From the NCBI GenBank assembly GCA_051531975.1, contig JAOPTT010000006.1, positions 288,656 to 352,655 on the forward strand: a DNA stretch of 64,000 nucleotides. Reading direction: 5' to 3'. Shown here one piece after another: positions 10,053 through 20,654 of this stretch (the stretch's first letter is position 1; the number at the start of each line of letters is the position of its first letter). Source of the stretch: Spirochaetaceae bacterium. GTDB taxonomy: Bacteria; Spirochaetota; Spirochaetia; DSM-2461. Below the pieces are notes generated by a model that was not told the DNA's origin, made no database searches, and worked only from the letters and a program-made list of their open reading frames with translations. The translations under genes were made by a program, and so were the position numbers.

Positions 10053-11720
10053 ATGCTATTAAGTAAAGAAAGAGAAGTTCTAGAGACTATAAGTATTGTA
10101 AAAGATTTATTGAAAAACTGTGGTTTTAATCTAAATTTAGAAAATGTTATTAACCCAATAAAAAATATATGGTCAGTACATCTAAAGGATACAGAATCCC
10201 AATTTTATACAAATGGAAAAGGTTCAACAAAAGAAAATGCAATTGCTAGTGCTTATTGTGAATTTTTAGAAAGACTAGGGACAGGATATTTTTTTAGCGA
10301 TTATGCCATTGATGGTCTATTTGATAATAATAAATGGATATATTCTCCAGATGAAGTTAAAGTTAAAAAATCCAAAGAATTTAAAGAAAATATATTAAAT
10401 AAAAAATTATGGAGTTTTTATGATCCTGAAAATCTATTGGATTATGAACAACTTATAGATTCAGGTTGTTGTAATCCTGAAGTTTTAATAACTCTACCTT
10501 TTAATAATAGTTTTGATAATTCAGATACTTTATTCCCAATTGAATTGTTAAGAAACTTATATGCAAGTAATGGTCTATCTGCAGGAAATAGTGAAACTGA
10601 AACTTTAACTCAGGGTTTGTCTGAATGTATAGAACGTGGAGTTAAAAATTATATTATTCAAGAGTGTTTATCATTACCAAATATTTCTGATTCTTATATA
10701 GAATCACTTGGCTTTTTAGAAATAAAAGAAGAAATTGAATCTTATGGGTATCCATTGTTAATAAAAGATGCATCCCTAGATGGTAGATTTCCAGTTATAT
10801 GTGCTCTACTGATTAATCAAAATGAGGGTACAGTTCTAAGTTCTTTTGGTTGTCATCCAAATATAAAAGTTGCAATTGAACGAACTTTAACAGAGTTACT
10901 TCAGGGAAGAAAAATAAATTCCATTTCAGACTTTAGCCCATTAGTAGATAACATCAATCAAGTTGCAGATGAAGCAAATATTGAATCGCATTTTATAAAT
11001 TCAACAGGTGTATTTCATTTTAATATAATTAAACAGATTGGTGAAAAGTCTACATTATGGAGTTATGATAACCAATTATCTGACTTAGATTATCTTAAAT
11101 TAATATTAAAAAAAGAAGGGTACAGTTATTATTACAGAGCTTATAATATTGGTGAAATGTGGGTTTCTCAATCAATCATTCCTAAACTTTCCGAAATATA
11201 TCCAATAGAAGATCTAGAGTATGATAACAAAAACAGATCTGGAGTTGTGCGATCATTTTTGAAAAATAACAGTCTTAGTAAAACAGAATTAAAGAGTTGT
11301 ATTAAATGGTTTAATGAGTGTTATATTCCTGGATCAGCGGTCATATTAGATTATTTAGGTATATCTTGTAGTTCTAATAATAGCTTATCAAATCTACAAA
11401 TGGATGAATTAGAGTTATGTGTCTATATTCAGTCTAATAACAAAAAAGAGTTACATAATTTATTATCACAAATGGATTTAACATATATTGATAAAACTAG
11501 AATTGGATACTGGCGATGTTTATTAGCAAAGTTAAATAAATTCGATGAAGTAACTTTAGAGAACTTATACGGAAAAGAAAACTTATTAAATGTGGATAAA
11601 ACACTAAAGGGATCTATCCCCAAAGATATCCTACCAGACTTTGGATTAACATTTAATAATATCCAACAACACAAAGAGTTTTCAAATGTATATCATAAAT
11701 ATATAAAACTTAGAGATTAG
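10053..11720 (+). CDS. ycaO: YcaO family ATP-binding protein (resembles the stand-alone E. coli YcaO type)
   Basis: TNGKG, SAYCEFLERL, YASNGLSAGN, QGLSECIER, ERTLTELLQGR, SEIYPIEDL motifs. Confidence 0.85.
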   Translation: MLLSKEREVLETISIVKDLLKNCGFNLNLENVINPIKNIWSVHLKDTESQFYTNGKGSTKENAIASAYCEFLERLGTGYFFSDYAIDGLFDNNKWIYSPDEVKVKKSKEFKENILNKKLWSFYDPENLLDYEQLIDSGCCNPEVLITLPFNNSFDNSDTLFPIELLRNLYASNGLSAGNSETETLTQGLSECIERGVKNYIIQECLSLPNISDSYIESLGFLEIKEEIESYGYPLLIKDASLDGRFPVICALLINQNEGTVLSSFGCHPNIKVAIERTLTELLQGRKINSISDFSPLVDNINQVADEANIESHFINSTGVFHFNIIKQIGEKSTLWSYDNQLSDLDYLKLILKKEGYSYYYRAYNIGEMWVSQSIIPKLSEIYPIEDLEYDNKNRSGVVRSFLKNNSLSKTELKSCIKWFNECYIPGSAVILDYLGISCSSNNSLSNLQMDELELCVYIQSNNKKELHNLLSQMDLTYIDKTRIGYWRCLLAKLNKFDEVTLENLYGKENLLNVDKTLKGSIPKDILPDFGLTFNNIQQHKEFSNVYHKYIKLRD

Positions 11721-12495
11721 TTTTCTTTGCCTCATCCCAAAGATTATCCATGATTTTGAAATTCTCATGTGATAATATTAAATTTTTAAGTTTCATATGT
11801 TTTTCTACATATTTAAATCTTTGAACAAATTTATTATTAGTACGACTCAATGCTATACTTGGGTCTACTTTTAGATATCTTGATAAATTAATGACAGAAA
11901 AAAGTAAATCACCAATTTCTAATTCTAAATTATCATAGTGATTATTGGTTATTTCTTCCTTAACTTCATTTGTTTCTTCTACAATTTTATCAAATATATC
12001 ATTTATATTAGGCCAATCAAATCCAACTTTTTCTACTTTTTTTTGTATCTCATTTGATTTTTCTAAAGGTGGTAAACTTTTGGGAATGTTATCAAGAATA
12101 CCTTTTTTAATTCTTCCTTCTTTTTTTTCTTTTATATCTTCCCACTGAATTAAGACTTCTTCACTTGTTGATACATTGTTTCTGTTGTTAGAAAAAACAT
12201 GGGGATGTCTAGATATCATTTTATTATTAACATCACCTAATATTTCTGCTACTGTAGTTACACCATCTTGCTCGAGGATATAACCCATAACAGTAGCTGT
12301 AAAAATTATATCACCAATCTCTTCTTTTATATTTTTATTATCATTGTTAGAAATACCATCAAGGCATTCACAACACTCTTCAAGTAATGAAGGTCCTAAT
12401 GTTTTAAGATTCTGTTTTAAATCCCAAGGACATCCTCCATCAGGATTCCTTAGTGCTTTTACCGTTGCTAATAACTTCTCGTAACTATTGTTCAT
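11710..12495 (-). CDS. mazG: nucleoside triphosphate pyrophosphohydrolase MazG
   Basis: LRNPDGGCPWD, EEIGD, RHPHVF, GFDW, EIGDLLF; tandem MazG domains. Confidence 0.95.
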   Translation of the reverse strand: MNNSYEKLLATVKALRNPDGGCPWDLKQNLKTLGPSLLEECCECLDGISNNDNKNIKEEIGDIIFTATVMGYILEQDGVTTVAEILGDVNNKMISRHPHVFSNNRNNVSTSEEVLIQWEDIKEKKEGRIKKGILDNIPKSLPPLEKSNEIQKKVEKVGFDWPNINDIFDKIVEETNEVKEEITNNHYDNLELEIGDLLFSVINLSRYLKVDPSIALSRTNNKFVQRFKYVEKHMKLKNLILSHENFKIMDNLWDEAKKTNL

Positions 12496-13981
12496 TATTC
12501 ATAACCTCAGTCTGTTCAAATCGTAGTGGATCTTTGTCAGATTTGATCTCTATACCATGAGTTGTTAATACTCCCTCATGTAATTTAATTGTTCGTATTG
12601 CTTGTGCATCTAATTGCTGTTCAGAATAGGTTAATTGATAATTTGTTATCTTAAATTCTGATCTTATATCACTGTTTGCCTTAAATTGTACGATCATTTC
12701 TCCATTTGAAAGTTCAAGTAAAGAAAAAATTCCTTCTTCAATAGTTCCGTTTTCAGAATGTATCTTTTTATATTCTGGAAATGAGAAATTGAGAGAATAT
12801 AACACATTTTTATAAATACCGGTGAAAGGTACATCTTTGTTTATATCTGTATTTGTATTGGACAATAGAGAGTGCTTAACATCACTGTTTAACCGGGTAT
12901 AATCACCATTCCAAAAAATATCATCAGCAATTTTAACATTAATCTCATCAGTACTATTAAGTGTAATAACCAGTTGTCTTGGTAGAGTCGATACTTCACT
13001 GTTTTTAAGAAAAATCTTTAATTGCTGATAAACTCTTCTAGTCCTAGTTATATCATATTGTTCTATTCCATCTTTATATTGAAGTATTACTACATCACGT
13101 TTACCATCTATAATTACAATATTTTGGATCTCTTCTTTATCATCTTTCAGATACCATTCACCACTGATAAAATCCTTGAAATCAGATTTATTACCTCTTA
13201 AAATGGCTGTTAATTTTTCTTTAACATTAATTTTTTGTTCTGTTGTTTCACTACTTTCTTGAATATATAAATTATTTCGTCTATCCCAAACCCATTTTTC
13301 TTTTATTATAGCTATCGTATTTTCATCAATATAATTAGTCTTTTCAACTAATACATCATAAGCTTTATCGCTATCTTTTCTACTTTCAATATAATCTAAA
13401 CTTCTACTTTTAGTAATTAATTCTACAGTACCTGTAGTTTCATAGGAAAAAATTGTTTTGTAATAAATATGTATACCTTTTGGAGGAGCAGTCTTTTTAA
13501 ATATATACAGTGCATTATTATTTGTAATTGTAGTCCCAGACATAATTAATTCATAATTGTGTTTAAATCCTAAAACATCTTGTTCAGCCATTAAAAAATC
13601 TGAATTATATATTAAAGGAAGCCTTATTTCCCATGCAACAAAATACTGCCTAGTGATTTTATTAAAATCTGCAACAACAACTGTGATTAAATTTAATTCA
13701 TCAATCAATATAATAAATTGTTCATCTGCGGCATCTAAATCAAGGTTTGAATCCTTTTTTTCAACCGCAATTTTTCCTGGAAATAGACTCTCAATGTCTA
13801 AAAATGTCTCAATAGAGTTTTTTGATTGATCATCTTCCTCTAGTACTAACTCATCTAAAATTTCTTCAGACATATTATTAATTTCAATTTCTTTTTTTTC
13901 TAAATTATCATTTCTGTTTTGTTCCTGACATGAAAGAAAAAAAACTAAAACAAATATAAAAAATAAGTATAATCTTTTCAT
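12485..13981 (-). CDS. lipoprotein resembling spirochaetal pallilysin-related adhesins
   Basis: Lipobox-like FFLSC; NLDLDAADEQFI segment; family call rests on recalled similarity and the position upstream of mazG. Confidence 0.55.
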   Translation of the reverse strand: MKRLYLFFIFVLVFFLSCQEQNRNDNLEKKEIEINNMSEEILDELVLEEDDQSKNSIETFLDIESLFPGKIAVEKKDSNLDLDAADEQFIILIDELNLITVVVADFNKITRQYFVAWEIRLPLIYNSDFLMAEQDVLGFKHNYELIMSGTTITNNNALYIFKKTAPPKGIHIYYKTIFSYETTGTVELITKSRSLDYIESRKDSDKAYDVLVEKTNYIDENTIAIIKEKWVWDRRNNLYIQESSETTEQKINVKEKLTAILRGNKSDFKDFISGEWYLKDDKEEIQNIVIIDGKRDVVILQYKDGIEQYDITRTRRVYQQLKIFLKNSEVSTLPRQLVITLNSTDEINVKIADDIFWNGDYTRLNSDVKHSLLSNTNTDINKDVPFTGIYKNVLYSLNFSFPEYKKIHSENGTIEEGIFSLLELSNGEMIVQFKANSDIRSEFKITNYQLTYSEQQLDAQAIRTIKLHEGVLTTHGIEIKSDKDPLRFEQTEVMNNEQ

Positions 13982-14194
13982 GATTTAAGATTATAGAATG
14001 TTATAAAAAAATACTACTGATACTTTACAAAATTATTACTTTCTGGCATATTTTGTTATGGAAACATATCTTATTAAAATAAAAACTACAAATTATTATC
14101 TCAGAAATTATATTAAATTTATTTCTATTAAAAATTCATTAATGGACAATACAAAATATATATAGTTATAAAACCAACAAAAGGAGTTGTTTAG

Positions 14195-15634
14195 ATGTTA
14201 GAAATTCAAGAGAAACTTAGTTATGATGATGTATTATTGGTACCTGATTATGCAGACTTTTTTTATGCAAATGCATGTGTTAAAACAAGAATTGCAAAGG
14301 ACATATACCTTAATTCACCTATTATGTCAGCCGCTATGGATACAGTTACAGAAGAAAAAATGGCTATAGCATTAGCTCTACAGGGTGGAGTTGGTGTAAT
14401 TCATCGAAATCTTTCATACGAAGAGCAAGCAAAACAAGTTTCTAAAGTAAAAAGATATCTGAACTGGGTTATAGATTCACCTATTACTGTTGGTAAAGAT
14501 CAAACAATCGCAGATGTTAGAATGATTATGGATAAATATCAAGTATCGGGATTACCAGTTGTTGAAAATGGAAAACTTGCAGGTATTATCACAGGACGAG
14601 ATCTTCGGTTTTGCACAGATTTTACTCAAAAAGTTGAATCTGTTATGACAAAAGATCCAGTTGTTGAAAAAGGTGTGCCAACTGTTGAAACTGCAAAAGA
14701 GAAGTTTAATACTCATAGAATTGAGAAAGTTCCAATTATTAACGATGATGGTGAATTAACAGGATTAATAACAGTTAAAGACTTAGAAAAACATGAGCAG
14801 TATCCAAATGCTGCAATGGATAAAAGAGGTCGACTATTATGTGGAGCTGCAATTAGTCCACAAGATTATCATAAAAGAATCCCTTTATTAAAAGAATCTG
14901 GTGTAGATTTTATAGTATTAGATGTCGCATCGGGAGATACTAAATCAGTTATTGATTGTATTAAAGATATAAAAGCAACCTATGATATTGTAGTAATTGG
15001 TGGAAATGCTGCTACAAAAGAAGCTGCACAAAGATTAATCGATGCTGGATCAGATGCAATAAAAGTAGGCATTGGTCCTGGTTCAATCTGTACAACAAGA
15101 ATAGTTGCAGGAATTGGGGTTCCACAATTGTCTGCAGTTGCTGATGTATGTGAAGTTGCAGAAAAGTATGATATCCCAGTAATAGCAGATGGTGGAATTA
15201 AGTTTTCAGGAGATATCTCTAAGGCTATTGGTGCAGGGGCAAATGCAGTTATGGTTGGTAATCTATTTGCAGGTTTAAAAGAAGCTCCTGGAAGAGAAAT
15301 AATATTTGAAGGTAGAATTTTTAAGACATATAGAGGTATGGGATCTGTTGGTGCGATAGTTGATGGTTCTGGAGATAGATACCAAATGAAAGAGGGAGAT
15401 TCGCCTGTTCCTGAAGGAATTGAAGGAAGAGTTCCATATAAAGGTGAATTGAAGGCTTATTTAGAACAATTAGTTACCGGATTAAAAAAAGGTATGGGAT
15501 ATACCGGTTGTAAGACCATAGATGAATTGCGGAAATATAAGAAATTTGTTAAGATATCATCCGCTGGTCTTCGAGAAAGTCATGCTCACGATATAAGTAT
15601 TACTCAAGAAGCACCAAATTATTCACGTAGTTAA
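14195..15634 (+). CDS. guaB: IMP dehydrogenase with CBS pair
   Basis: SAAMDTVTE, catalytic GIGPGSICTTR, ADGGI, YRGMGS, flap DRY, PEGIEG. Confidence 0.96.
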   Translation: MLEIQEKLSYDDVLLVPDYADFFYANACVKTRIAKDIYLNSPIMSAAMDTVTEEKMAIALALQGGVGVIHRNLSYEEQAKQVSKVKRYLNWVIDSPITVGKDQTIADVRMIMDKYQVSGLPVVENGKLAGIITGRDLRFCTDFTQKVESVMTKDPVVEKGVPTVETAKEKFNTHRIEKVPIINDDGELTGLITVKDLEKHEQYPNAAMDKRGRLLCGAAISPQDYHKRIPLLKESGVDFIVLDVASGDTKSVIDCIKDIKATYDIVVIGGNAATKEAAQRLIDAGSDAIKVGIGPGSICTTRIVAGIGVPQLSAVADVCEVAEKYDIPVIADGGIKFSGDISKAIGAGANAVMVGNLFAGLKEAPGREIIFEGRIFKTYRGMGSVGAIVDGSGDRYQMKEGDSPVPEGIEGRVPYKGELKAYLEQLVTGLKKGMGYTGCKTIDELRKYKKFVKISSAGLRESHAHDISITQEAPNYSRS

Positions 15635-15645
15635 GGAAGATATAA

Positions 15646-16875
15646 ATGAAACTTGTTGTCATCGGTGCCCAATGGGGAGATGAAGGAAAAGGTAAGATTG
15701 TAGATTACTTAGCAGAAGATGCTAAAGTTGTAGTTCGTTATTCAGGTGGGGCTAATGCTGGTCACACTATTGTTAATGGAGACAAGGTATACAAACTTCA
15801 TTTAGTACCTTCAGGTATTGTATATCCCAATAGTGATGTTTTATTAGGACATGGTGTAGTAATTGATCCAGAACAACTTTTTAAAGAGTTAGATGGGATT
15901 AAAGCACAAGGTCTTGAGTGGGAAGGTCGAGTAAAAATTTCAGATAGAGCTCATTTAGTACTTCCAAAACACAAGGCTTTAGACCTAGAGATGGAAAAAA
16001 ATAGAATTAGACCTATTGGAACTACAGGACGTGGTATTGGTATTGCATATTCTCAGAAGGCCAACAGAGATAATATTAGAATTGCTGATTTATATGATAG
16101 TGAGTTTTATAATACATTAGATAAAGAGAGTAGAGATTTCTTAGAACCATATAAAAATAAAATGGAATCTATGGTTGTTAATGGTGCTTATTATTTAAAT
16201 GCTATTAAAGATGAGAGGATTCTATTTGAAGGTGCCCAAGGTACTTTATTAGATTTAGATAGTGGAACTTACCCATTTGTTTCATCTGGTTATTCATGTG
16301 CAGGTGGAGCTGGTGTCGGTACTGGTATGGGTCCAAGAGCTATGGATAATGTAATTGGTGTTTTTAAAGCTTATTCTACAAGAGTTGGAAATGGCCCTTT
16401 CCCATCAGATATTAAAGAATCTGGAGATGGAGACTTAGAAAACCTAATCAGAGAAATTGGTGGAGAGTATGGTGTTACAACAGGACGAGCTAGAAAATGT
16501 GGTTTCTTAGATATGGTTGCATTAAAATATGCATGTATCTCCAATTCCTTAGATTCATTAGTTTTAACTCACTTAGATGTTTATGATCAGATGGATGAAG
16601 TAAAGGTTTGTGAAGCTTATGATATAGAAGGAGAAACTATTACAGAATTTCCAACAAGAATAGATAAATTAAACAAAGCAAAACCAATCTCTAGATCTTT
16701 TAAAGGTTGGAAAACAGATATCTCTGAGATTAAATCATACGATGATCTACCTAAAGAGGCTAGAGAATATATTGATTATATTGAAGAATATACAGGGACA
16801 CCTATTAGTATCGTCTCTGTAGGTGCAGATAGAAATTGTACTTTTAATAGAAGGGATCCATGGACAAAATATTAA
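15646..16875 (+). CDS. purA: adenylosuccinate synthase
   Basis: GAQWGDEGKGK, GGANAGHT, GTTGRGIG, EGAQG, GTYPFV, EYGVTTGR. Confidence 0.97.
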   Translation: MKLVVIGAQWGDEGKGKIVDYLAEDAKVVVRYSGGANAGHTIVNGDKVYKLHLVPSGIVYPNSDVLLGHGVVIDPEQLFKELDGIKAQGLEWEGRVKISDRAHLVLPKHKALDLEMEKNRIRPIGTTGRGIGIAYSQKANRDNIRIADLYDSEFYNTLDKESRDFLEPYKNKMESMVVNGAYYLNAIKDERILFEGAQGTLLDLDSGTYPFVSSGYSCAGGAGVGTGMGPRAMDNVIGVFKAYSTRVGNGPFPSDIKESGDGDLENLIREIGGEYGVTTGRARKCGFLDMVALKYACISNSLDSLVLTHLDVYDQMDEVKVCEAYDIEGETITEFPTRIDKLNKAKPISRSFKGWKTDISEIKSYDDLPKEAREYIDYIEEYTGTPISIVSVGADRNCTFNRRDPWTKY

Positions 16876-18410
16876 TATTAGACTTTGGTGGTCAAACTTG
16901 TCAGTTAATTGCAAGAAGAATTAGAGAATTAGGTATTTATACAGATATTGTTCCAGGAGATATAGAACTAGAAGATCATTTAACTTCTGATGTTAAAGGT
17001 GTTATTTTATCTGGTTCTCCATATTCTGTTTATGAAGATAGAGCCCCAGTCCCTGATAAAAAGATCTATAATTTAGATGTTCCATTATTAGGCATTTGTT
17101 ACGGATTACAGCGAATAACTTACGACTTAGGTGGAAAAGTTGCTGCTCTTGCGACAAAAGAGTATGGACGAAGTCAAATATCTTTCAAAAAGAAAAATGA
17201 TCTATTTAAAGATATTCCTGAGGGTTTTGTTTCTTGGATGTCCCATGGGGATAGTTTAGATGTATTAGCTGAAAATTTTAATCTAACAGCTCTTTCTGAA
17301 CATGAATTACCAGCATCAGTATGCTGTGAAGATCGAAATATATACGGGTTACAGTTCCATCCAGAAGTTACTCACTGTGAATACGGTACTAAAATATTAG
17401 AAAACTTTGTTTCTGGAATCTGTAAAGCTGAAAAAAGCTGGAGTATGGAGGCTTATATTGAGGCTGAAGGACAAAAGCTTAGAGATAGAGTTGGGGATAA
17501 AAAAGTCCTATTATTAATTTCTGGTGGTGTAGATTCTACAGTTGCTGGTGGGCTTCTATTAAAAACTCTTAATCCAGAAAACGTTCACTTTATGTATATT
17601 GATACAGGTATGATGAGAAAAGGTGAATCTGAAGAAGTATCAGAGAATCTTAAAAAACTTGGAGCTAAACACCTACATTTAATAGATGCTAGGGATCGGT
17701 TTTTAGGCCCTTTAGCAGGTGAGTCAGATCCTGAGAAAAAGAGAAAAATTATAGGTAATATGTTTATTGAAGTTCAAGAAGATGAAATTCGAAATACATT
17801 AAAAGGTGATTATTTCTTAGCTCAAGGAACATTATACACTGACCTTATTGAATCTGGTAAAGGTGTTGGTAAAAATGCACAGGTTATTAAATCTCATCAT
17901 AACGTTGGTTGTAAGGCAATTGAAGAAAAAAGGGAAGCTGGTTTAATAATTGAACCTTTAGAACGTTTGTATAAAGACGAAGTTAGGGCGCTAGGAAGAA
18001 TTCTTGGAATATCTAACAAAATCGTAGACAGACATCCATTCCCAGGACCAGGTCTTGGTATAAGAATCTTAGGTGAAGTTACAAAAGAGAAGTGTGATAT
18101 TTTAAGAGACGCAGACTTTATCTATATAAATGAGCTAAGGAAAAGAGGGTTGTATGCTGAAATATGGCAAGCATTTAGTGTTTTATTACCAGTTAGAAGT
18201 GTAGGTGTTGCTGGTGATGCAAGGGATTATAGCTTTGTTTTAGCACTAAGAGCAGTTGTTTCATCAGATGGAATGACAGCGGATGTATATCACTTCCCAA
18301 TGAAAGACTTATTAGAAATATCCGCAATGATAACTAACTCAGTAAAAGATATTGGGCGAGTAACATACGATATTTCTTCAAAACCACCTGCAACAATTGA
18401 GTGGGAATAA
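16860..18410 (+). CDS. guaA: GMP synthase (glutamine-hydrolysing)
   Basis: GICYGLQ, QFHPEV, SGGVDS, IKSHHNVG, HPFPGPGL, terminal KPPATIEWE. Confidence 0.97.
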   Translation: MDKILILDFGGQTCQLIARRIRELGIYTDIVPGDIELEDHLTSDVKGVILSGSPYSVYEDRAPVPDKKIYNLDVPLLGICYGLQRITYDLGGKVAALATKEYGRSQISFKKKNDLFKDIPEGFVSWMSHGDSLDVLAENFNLTALSEHELPASVCCEDRNIYGLQFHPEVTHCEYGTKILENFVSGICKAEKSWSMEAYIEAEGQKLRDRVGDKKVLLLISGGVDSTVAGGLLLKTLNPENVHFMYIDTGMMRKGESEEVSENLKKLGAKHLHLIDARDRFLGPLAGESDPEKKRKIIGNMFIEVQEDEIRNTLKGDYFLAQGTLYTDLIESGKGVGKNAQVIKSHHNVGCKAIEEKREAGLIIEPLERLYKDEVRALGRILGISNKIVDRHPFPGPGLGIRILGEVTKEKCDILRDADFIYINELRKRGLYAEIWQAFSVLLPVRSVGVAGDARDYSFVLALRAVVSSDGMTADVYHFPMKDLLEISAMITNSVKDIGRVTYDISSKPPATIEWE

Positions 18411-18415
18411 ATTAA

Positions 18416-19591
18416 ATGTTAAAAAAAATTATCGTAATAATATTATATATTATTACGGTTAATATATATTCAACTGAATATGTCATATCAGAAATTAATA
18501 TCGATGGTTTAAAACGTACACAAAATAAGACTGTACTTAATATAATTGAGTTTTATCCTGGAGATATAATTTCTGATGATCAATTAGATTTATTAGAACA
18601 ACGTATAAGAAAATCTAGATTATTTACTAATGAATTTAGTGTAACTTTAGATCCAATTAATGACCTCGAAACAATACTTAATATTTCTTTAAATGATAAA
18701 TGGACACTAATACCATTACCGTTAATTGTCGTCTCTAGTGATAGTATGTTATTAGGAGCATTCTTTATAGAATCTAATTTATTAGGTCTTAATCAATCCC
18801 TTGTAAGTGGAGTTATGTATTCCGATGAGGGGTTTAGTCTATTTGCAGCATATTCTTTTCCACCGTTATCTTTTGGAAATTTAAGCTATTATATTTCATA
18901 TAGTGATGGGGATTATACTAAAGATGATTTCTGGGGTGATGAGATCGAAACTGGTACGATACAAGACATATCAACAGGTCTTACCTTTAAGAAAGAACTT
19001 TCTCAAATTATAGAATCCTCTATTTCATTAAGATATTTATTTGAAGATGAATTCAATTATATTGGTCTTGCACCAAGTTTAACTTTATCAAACTTAGAGT
19101 TACTTGATAGTTTCCAGAAAGGCTATAATATATCACTTAAATTAAACTCAAGATTAACTTTTGATGATTATACTTTAGAAAATAAAATTTCTGCAAATTT
19201 TGATAATTCATTAATTTTGTTTAATAACTTATTTTATGCAAGTATTCATTCTGGGTATTCATTTGATCCTATTGATTATCCTTTAGAAGTTGGTGGAACA
19301 ATAGGAAGTAGAGTATTTAAAAGTCAAATAGAATCAAGTTTTTATGTTAATAATATAATTAAATATGAGATAAAAATTGTTGATTTTAATTGGGGATATA
19401 TTACACTACCTATTTATTATGAATCTGGAATTATTGAATATAACGATTCTCTTGAATTTTATCATGGTCCAGGTATTAGTATATTAAGTTATCTAAATAA
19501 GGTTGCATTACCTGCAATAGGAATTAATTTTGTATATGATTTTGAAAATAGCAGATATAATTGGGGAGCTTCAATAGGGCTTTCAATGTAA
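18416..19591 (+). CDS. outer-membrane protein with one N-terminal POTRA domain (Omp85/TamA-like)
   Basis: Signal peptide; POTRA-like ISEINIDGLKRT...SRLF; DKWTLIP and NLLG; beta-strand-rich C-terminus. Confidence 0.65.
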   Translation: MLKKIIVIILYIITVNIYSTEYVISEINIDGLKRTQNKTVLNIIEFYPGDIISDDQLDLLEQRIRKSRLFTNEFSVTLDPINDLETILNISLNDKWTLIPLPLIVVSSDSMLLGAFFIESNLLGLNQSLVSGVMYSDEGFSLFAAYSFPPLSFGNLSYYISYSDGDYTKDDFWGDEIETGTIQDISTGLTFKKELSQIIESSISLRYLFEDEFNYIGLAPSLTLSNLELLDSFQKGYNISLKLNSRLTFDDYTLENKISANFDNSLILFNNLFYASIHSGYSFDPIDYPLEVGGTIGSRVFKSQIESSFYVNNIIKYEIKIVDFNWGYITLPIYYESGIIEYNDSLEFYHGPGISILSYLNKVALPAIGINFVYDFENSRYNWGASIGLSM

Positions 19592-19599
19592 AACAGTAA

Positions 19600-19614
19600 T
19601 AGTAATGATTATCG
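19600..19614. promoter_or_regulatory. candidate PerR/Fur-type operator (copy 1) upstream of the rubrerythrin operon
   Basis: TAGTAATGATTATCG, 3 bp upstream of the -35 box; shares 13 exact nt with the copy at 22548. Confidence 0.6.
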
Positions 19615-19617
19615 AGC

Positions 19618-19646
19618 TAGACAGTTTATTCCCAGTATGTTAAAAT
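19618..19646 (+). promoter_or_regulatory. sigma70-type promoter of rubrerythrin-perR-ferritin-like operon
   Basis: TAGACA-N17-TAAAAT with extended -10 TG. Confidence 0.65.
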
Positions 19647-19681
19647 AAATTAAAATAATATTATTTAAAGGGGATTAATTT

Positions 19682-20224
19682 ATGAAAAAATGGGTTTGTA
19701 GTGTTTGTGGTTATGTACATGAAGGAGAATTTGCTCCAGATGAGTGTCCAACTTGTAAAGCTAAAGCTGATAAATTTACTGAGCAATCAGATACATCAAC
19801 TTATGCCGATGAGCATGTTATTGGTGTTGCACAAGGTGTTGATAAAGAGATTCTAGAGGGATTAAAAGCTAACTTTACAGGTGAGTGTACTGAAGTTGGA
19901 ATGTATTTAGCAATGAGCCGACAAGCAGATAGAGAAGGATATCCTGAAATTGCAGAAGCTTTTAAAAGATATGCTTTCGAAGAAGCTGATCACGCATCAA
20001 GATTTGCTGAATTATTAGGTGATGTTTTAACAAATAGCACTAAGAAGAATTTAGCCATGAGAGCAGAAGCTGAACATGGAGCTTGTCAAGGTAAAAAAGA
20101 CCTTGCTACAAAAGCAAAAGCTCTTGGTTTAGATGCCATTCATGATACAGTTCATGAAATGTGTAAAGATGAGGCAAGACATGGTAAAGGTTTTGCTGGT
20201 TTATTAAAACGTTATTTTAACTAA
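19682..20224 (+). CDS. rbr: reverse rubrerythrin (NADH peroxidase): N-terminal rubredoxin-like domain plus diiron domain
   Basis: WVCSVCGY...[23 protein letters not shown]. Confidence 0.93.
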   Translation: MKKWVCSVCGYVHEGEFAPDECPTCKAKADKFTEQSDTSTYADEHVIGVAQGVDKEILEGLKANFTGECTEVGMYLAMSRQADREGYPEIAEAFKRYAFEEADHASRFAELLGDVLTNSTKKNLAMRAEAEHGACQGKKDLATKAKALGLDAIHDTVHEMCKDEARHGKGFAGLLKRYFN

Positions 20225-20228
20225 AATT

Positions 20229-20247
20229 AGGGAGGCTTAGCCTCCTT
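20229..20247 (+). terminator. intercistronic hairpin after rubrerythrin (weak terminator or mRNA stabiliser)
   Basis: GGAGGC-TTA-GCCTCC stem with no long U tract. Confidence 0.55.
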
Positions 20248-20264
20248 ATATAAAGGAGTTTTAT

Positions 20265-20639
20265 ATGATAAGAATGACAAATCAACGAAAAGTTATATTA
20301 GAAGAACTTCAAAGACATGTAGATCATCCTACAGCAGATGAAATTTATGCTGAAATAAGAAAAGTGCTTCCAAAAGTTAGTTTAGGTACAGTTTATAGAA
20401 ACTTAGAGCAGATGAGCTCACAAGGTACTATTTTAAAACTAGAAGGATCTGGTCAGAAAAGATTTGATCCTAAACCTAATCCACATCCACACTTTAGATG
20501 CACTAAATGTGGTGCTGTAGAAGATATACATGAAGAGATTCAACCTCCAATTGTCAAAGAAAATTCTACATGGTTTAAAGAACATACTATAAATGGAATT
20601 ATTTTAGAATACTATGGTTTTTGTAATAATTGTAGGTAA
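20265..20639 (+). CDS. perR: Fur family peroxide-responsive repressor (PerR-like)
   Basis: MTNQR, HPTADEIY, SLGTVYRNL, HPHFRCTKCG, CNNC; PerR assignment rests on context. Confidence 0.8.
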   Translation: MIRMTNQRKVILEELQRHVDHPTADEIYAEIRKVLPKVSLGTVYRNLEQMSSQGTILKLEGSGQKRFDPKPNPHPHFRCTKCGAVEDIHEEIQPPIVKENSTWFKEHTINGIILEYYGFCNNCR

Positions 20640-20654
20640 CAAGAAGGTAGGTAT

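Noticed and set aside
13982..14194. Purine riboswitch or small ORF (METYLIKIK..., 35 codons) upstream of guaB
   Set aside because: No purine aptamer core; the ORF has no SD and is low-complexity AT sequence
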